Below, piece after piece: positions 59,101 through 64,000 of a stretch of 64,000 nucleotides of DNA. The notes under the pieces are model-generated. The model made no database searches. It was given only the letters and a program-made list of their open reading frames with translations, and had not been told where the DNA came from. The position numbers and the translations under genes are program-made. How positions within the stretch are numbered: the first letter of the stretch is position 1; every line of letters starts with the position of its first letter. The DNA lies in assembly GCA_037447605.1 (NCBI GenBank), contig CM074812.1:2604001-2668000 (forward strand), read 5' to 3'. The stretch comes from Zygnema circumcarinatum SAG 698-1b (lineage: Eukaryota > Plantae > Zygnematophyceae).

Positions 59101-62100
59101 CTCTCCAAATCCGAAACCCTACACCTTCAAGACCTCTCGATAAGCTTGTCCCATCTCAAGCAGGTCCAAAAGGAGTTCGAGAAAATTTGACCGCACATAA
59201 AAAATTGTAGTAAGTGCCTCTCTATAAAGGATCATAGGGAGGAGGAGAGGTAGGAGGATAGGTATGAGGAGAGGGAGGAGGAGAGGGAGGAGGAGAGGTA
59301 GGAGGAAAGGGAGGAGGAGAGGGAGGAGGAGAGGTAGGAGGACAGGGAGGAGGAGAGGTAGGAGGAGAGAAAGGAGGAGAGGGAGGAGGAGAGGTAGGAG
59401 GAAAGGGAGGAGGAGAGGGAGGAGGAGAGGGAGGAGGAGAGGTAGGTGGAGAGGGAAGAGGAGAGGGAGGAGAGGGAGATGAGGGAAAGGAGGTCTCTAC
59501 AAAGGATTGTAACATAAAGGAAAACCATAAAAACTGTCTACCAAGTGCCAGTACTCACCCCATCAGCGTCTGCCGTTCTGAGTATTTGCTCAACTTCGCA
59601 GGGCTCCAACACATACTCATCCTCCAATGCTTCTCGCAATTCTTGCAAAGTGACGTACCTTCACAAAGTCAACAGAGAGATCTCATAAGTTGAGTAAACC
59701 TTCACACAAAAACATGGACATGCATATTCCACGTCTTTTCATTCCTTTACTCTACCAAAAGCGTACAGAAGAGACTCTTAAGGAGAATTTCATAGGCCAA
59801 CACCATACCCATTTCTCTTCCGTAGAGCCAATACCTAAGGTCAAGATCAAGATCAAGTTCAAGATCAAGATCAAGTTCAAGATCGAGATCAAGGTCAAGA
59901 TCAAGATCAAGTTCAAGATCAAGATCAAGTTCAAGGTCAAGATCAAGGTCAAGATCAAGATCAAGTTCAAGATCGAGATCAAGGTCAAGGTCAAGATCAA
60001 GATCAAGTTCAAGATCAAGATCAAGGTCAAGATCAAGATCAAGTTCAAGATCAAGATCAAGGTCAAGATCAAGATCAAGTTCAAGGTCAAGATCAAGATC
60101 AAGTTCAAGATCAAGATCAAGTTCAAGATCAAGATCAAGTTCAAGATCAAGATCAAGGTCAAGGTCAAGATCAAGATCAAGATCAAGGTCGGGTGTCTGA
60201 TCAAGATCGAGATCGCTCAAGATCAAGATTGCTCAAGGTCAAGATCAAGGCCGCGATCAAGACTGCCCAAGATCGAGATCAAGGTCAAGGTCAAGATCAA
60301 GACTGCTCCAAGATCAAGACTGCCCAAGATCGAGATCAAGGTCAAGGCCAAGATCAAGATCGCTCCAAGGTCAAGATCAAGGTCAAGATCAAGATCAAGT
60401 TCAAGGTCAAGATCAAGATCAAGTTCAAGATCAAGATCAAGTTCAAGATCAAGATCAAGTTCAAGATCAAGATCAAGGTCAAGGTCAAGATCAAGATCAA
60501 GATCAAGGTCAAGTTCAAGATCAAGATCGAGATCAAGTTCAAGATCAAGATCAAGTTCAAGATCAAGATCAAGTTCAAGATTACTTAGGTTCAGGAGGCT
60601 ATCCATGCTCCACATGTAAATGAAGGAATGCAAAAGCTGCGCATCTTCTTCACATTCTGCATAGAGCGAGCGAGCTGTACCCTTTGCCCTTTTCCTTTGT
60701 ATGGAAAGCTCGCTTCATATCTTCCGGATTGTACGTTCGTTCGACGCTCGACATGCCCGCCATGAACTCGTTGTAATTGATGAAACCATCATTATCCAGA
60801 TCCATCTGTAGCGGGAGACAACAAGAAACAGAAACTAATATGTTGCAGCTTATATGATGTTATCTTCTTCTTTTCACACATATTCAAATGCTCTGCATCC
60901 AAGCAGAGGCACTGGTAATATCAAAAAATGTTCCGATTAAGGCTTGACAGATCTTTCTGTGATGTTTATAAGTGTGGGAGAGATGCTCATTTGGCGGCAC
61001 TGCTATCAGGTCCAATCTTTTTCCTCCAGAGTCAAAAGTCAATGCGGAATAAGATGAAGCAAAAATGTTGCGCTTACCACTGCCACGAGCGTATCGATTT
61101 CAGTTTCCGCTATGATCTTCCCCATTTGCTCAAAGCCCTCCTTGAACTCGTGGTAGGTTAGGCTTCCATCTTTGTTTTTATCTAAAGCCTCAAAGATGCC
61201 TTGAAGCTTTCTTATCTCACTTTTCGGAAGCCGTTTTGCTGCCATCTGTAACCTCAAGCATGCACAAGGGTAGCCTTTAGACCCCACAACTATTCCTATC
61301 TTACAATAGGGAAGACAATGCAAAAGGATGAAACTCCTGTTAGAATTCAGACATCCAACAACATCCTCCAACACATTAAAGTGAGTTGATTACTCATTCT
61401 TGCATGCTTAAAAGCTCAGTTTAAAATCACTGTTCTTACTAGAGAAAGATCTCTTCACATGAGCAAAAAAAACGATTCTGTGCATGCATTAGAACAAAAT
61501 GCATCCTTTTCAGAATAATAACGGACACCTAAAAAGTAAAGGCCGCTCCACTGATCGGGTGATTCTATGCCAAATGCTAGATTCAATTTGCTTGATGCAA
61601 TTTTTTTCTTATTTTTTACACCTGCTATGCAAAGTCGCACTGCATGAAACTAAAGCTCCACTATGCCGAAGTTGCAAAACATAATATCGCATAAAAAATT
61701 GCACCTAAAGCCTGTTTTTTGTAAAAGATGGGCCACTAGAGGTCATAGGAATGGAGCGTGTATGGGGATGGTAAGTAAGTGGTCAAAGCCAAATCGTGGT
61801 CTGCCTTTCCCAGAAAATGAGGCTTCCAAAACAAATGCAGTCTTTCTAAAACCCTAAAAACCCTAAAAACCCTAAAAACCCTAAAAACCCTAAAAACCCT
61901 AAAAACCCTAAAAACCCTAAATACCCTAAAAACCCTAAAAGCCTAAATACCCTAAAACCCCTGGACACCCTGAAAACCTTAAAACCCTAAAAGTCCTAAT
62001 AAAATCTAGACAAAAGGTTCCTGCAAATGCCTGTTTTCTAAGGAGCTGGAAGAAAGAAGGGAGCGTGGCACCTGGCCGGCCCCTCGCTTCATTTTGTTCA

Positions 62101-63611
62101 TCGACAAAATCCCTTTGAGCCGTCGGAACGTTTCCGGGTCGAGAGATGATTCCGTCGCCGCTTCAGCTTTCTTCAGCCACTGGTGCTCTGCAAAGTGACG
62201 TCAGCCCTGGGCCGAGGGCGTCAGCAAACCTGCAAGTGGCTAGACACACTTGCAAAGAGCAAGCGAGACACAAGAAAGGAAAGTGTCGCAACTCCCATCA
62301 ATTGCCGCAAACAAAGTGCAAGAAAGTGGACACTCTTGAACCCTGATAACCCTAAAAACCCTACAATCCCAGCAAACCCTACAAACCCAACAAACCCAAC
62401 AAACCCAACAAACCCTACAAACCTACAAACCATAAAATACCTAATGGCCCTAAGACCCTAAAAGTGCCTACAAACCATACAGACCGTAAAAACCCTATAA
62501 ACCCTAAAAACCCTAAGCCATTTTGATGGCTATGGAACCGTCATTCTTCGATCAGAGTTGCAGAACCACGTTTTGTTGAAGGGCAGATTCCCAAAACTTG
62601 ATTCCCTTCACCAGCAACAACAGTGGCTTGTCTATACCGCGGCAAAAAAAAAAAAGGCTTAAAAGAGAATTTCTTCTAAGCAAATTAGTAAGCGGTTCAA
62701 GTGAAGTCCCGAGCACCCATGTCATTGCTAATATATGCGTTATGATAATCAATTGGACCAAAGAAAAAGAAAAAAAACTCACTCAATGCCTGTTCGGCTG
62801 TGATCCTCTCTTGCGGATTTCGACTAAGCAGACTTCTTGTCAGATTTTTGCCTTCTTCTGATACATTTGACCATGCATTCGAATCCATTTTGATTGAGTC
62901 TTTGAGTCTATTTCGGAATATACGGTCAGTACCTGCCGACATCAACCGGTTGGCCCTTAAAAGTGTCAATTAGACTCCAATAGGGTTGAGAATCAAGATG
63001 GAAGGCTTCAACAACAAGGCATCATTTCTTGCTTTGCCCGAACTTGTGTCGCAATGCCAAAATCAAAAAATGCAATAGCATTTCCTGTTGTTCAAAACAA
63101 GCGTCCAATGACTTCATGAAGCACAAGGGCATATGCTGAAAAAAAAAAAAAAGAATTGGTATGCGCTATGACGATAAGTTCTCCCTGACACAATACCCTT
63201 TCACTTTTCAAATCCCTTCTGACTTCGGTGAATACTTTCCCTCAACCGATGCTTGAATGAAATGACTTATTGCATATCTCCAGCAGCCAAAACCAAACTT
63301 AGCATCAAAGAAGAAACAAGAAATGGTGAGGGCCAAGAAGGTGGGTTAAATTTTCTTTTTCTCATCAGTTACTACTCAAGAAAAGAAATTAGAGAAGGCC
63401 AGTGGCACCTATGCATCACCCTATTGATTGATTTAAATGCAAAAGCGGGAAACTCGAAGCTTGCTTGCTCTAAAGGGGACCTCTCCGGAGAGTAGAATGT
63501 GAAGACAAACGCCGCAGCTCCAAATGTCAACGTCAGAGTTGTATTCTCCATCGAAGACCTGCAACACGTGAGCACGGCATTCATGAATGGAGCCATGAAG
63601 ATGACACAGAC

Positions 63612-63645
<34 letters not shown>

Positions 63646-63833
63646 AGAGGGAATGCATCTGCAGAGCCAAAACATAGCCATCCAGGCTTCACCGTCCGCA
63701 GATAACGCTGATGAACTCATGCAAAACTAGTCCGAAAAAACCTTTCATAACAGCTTCAAAGATGTCAAGGGCCAGTCAGTAACCTCTGGTGCCGTGTATG
63801 TGAGAGAACCAAACTTCTCCTTGAATTTCTCAT
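58016..63833 (-). CDS. CPK: Calcium-dependent protein kinase (CDPK), C-terminal part; 5' kinase exons lie beyond the window
   Basis: Exons 63833-63784 (GSLTYTAPE), 63558-63465 (DIWSCGVCLHILLSGEVPF; GC donor), 62932-62783 (RITAEQAL), 62187-62072 (HQWL...MNKMKR), 61245-61078 (DKNKDGSLTYHE), 60805-60681 (DLDNDGFINYNE), 59658-59559, 58078-58016. The exons are phase-consistent and their boundaries fall at typical CDPK intron positions. Confidence 0.9.
59837..60581. repeat. (AAGATC/AAGGTC/AAGTTC)n hexamer array in a CDPK intron
   Basis: About 745 bp of nearly uninterrupted hexamers inside intron 60680-59659. Confidence 0.95.
61852..62000. repeat. (CCCTAAAAA)n 9-mer telomere-like array in a CDPK intron
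   Basis: 7 perfect 9-mers from 61852, followed by degenerate copies. Confidence 0.9.
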
Positions 63834-64000
63834 CTGCGAACCACAACTCATCACACAAGCCAAGTCAAGTCAAGTCAAGTCAAGTCCATTTGCAACATAA
63901 GTACACAATATGCCTTCAGAACGCCCAAAGCAGCATGCAAAGTACAAAAATGGCAAACACGTCCTTCAGCGTTAAATTGTGCATGCACTTTAGAGAAAGA

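Noticed and set aside
59690-60633. 309-aa KI/RS ORF and LD/IL antisense ORFs
   Set aside because: A direct result of the (AAGATC)n array lying inside a CDPK intron whose flanks join in phase (AAA GG|G TAC).
62552-62782. Alternative CDPK exon candidates near 62550-62730
   Set aside because: None gives the HxW motif; the exon at 62187-62072 (KHQWL..MNKMKR) fits in phase.

Overview
Eukaryotic nuclear DNA, intron-rich and very rich in simple repeats. Protein similarities point to a streptophyte, probably a charophyte-type alga (inferred from remembered plant families and Arabidopsis-type TTTAGGG repeats; no database search was run). Seven spliced genes were reconstructed by hand from GT/GC-AG boundaries and phase continuity: (1) U2SURP/RRC1 splicing factor, + strand, 5'-partial, with a near-identical internal 3.5-kb duplication; (2) At3g49140-like FMN/haem split-barrel protein (+); (3) AAE17/18-type acyl-activating enzyme ending in a PTS1-like -AKM (-); (4) PEX11B (-); (5) an orphan low-complexity protein of about 1,200 aa with an N-terminal SAP-like motif (+); (6) an orphan with a PB1/ubiquitin-like domain and amphipathic 11-mer repeats (+), tandemly duplicated together with the last exon of (7) a CDPK with a degenerate third EF-hand (-, 5'-partial). 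Introns consist largely of (CT)/(GA)/(CCCT) tracts and degenerate telomere-like arrays. Promoters and first introns carry very dense motif arrays: four exact CCAAT-N9-CCACG (ERSE-I) elements, palindromic G-boxes and GTAC clusters. Almost all long ORFs in the supplied track are microsatellite read-through artefacts. No rRNA, tRNA, CRISPR or transposase was seen. Eight 10-N gaps hide parts of at least three exons, and two frameshifted exon copies may be assembly errors.
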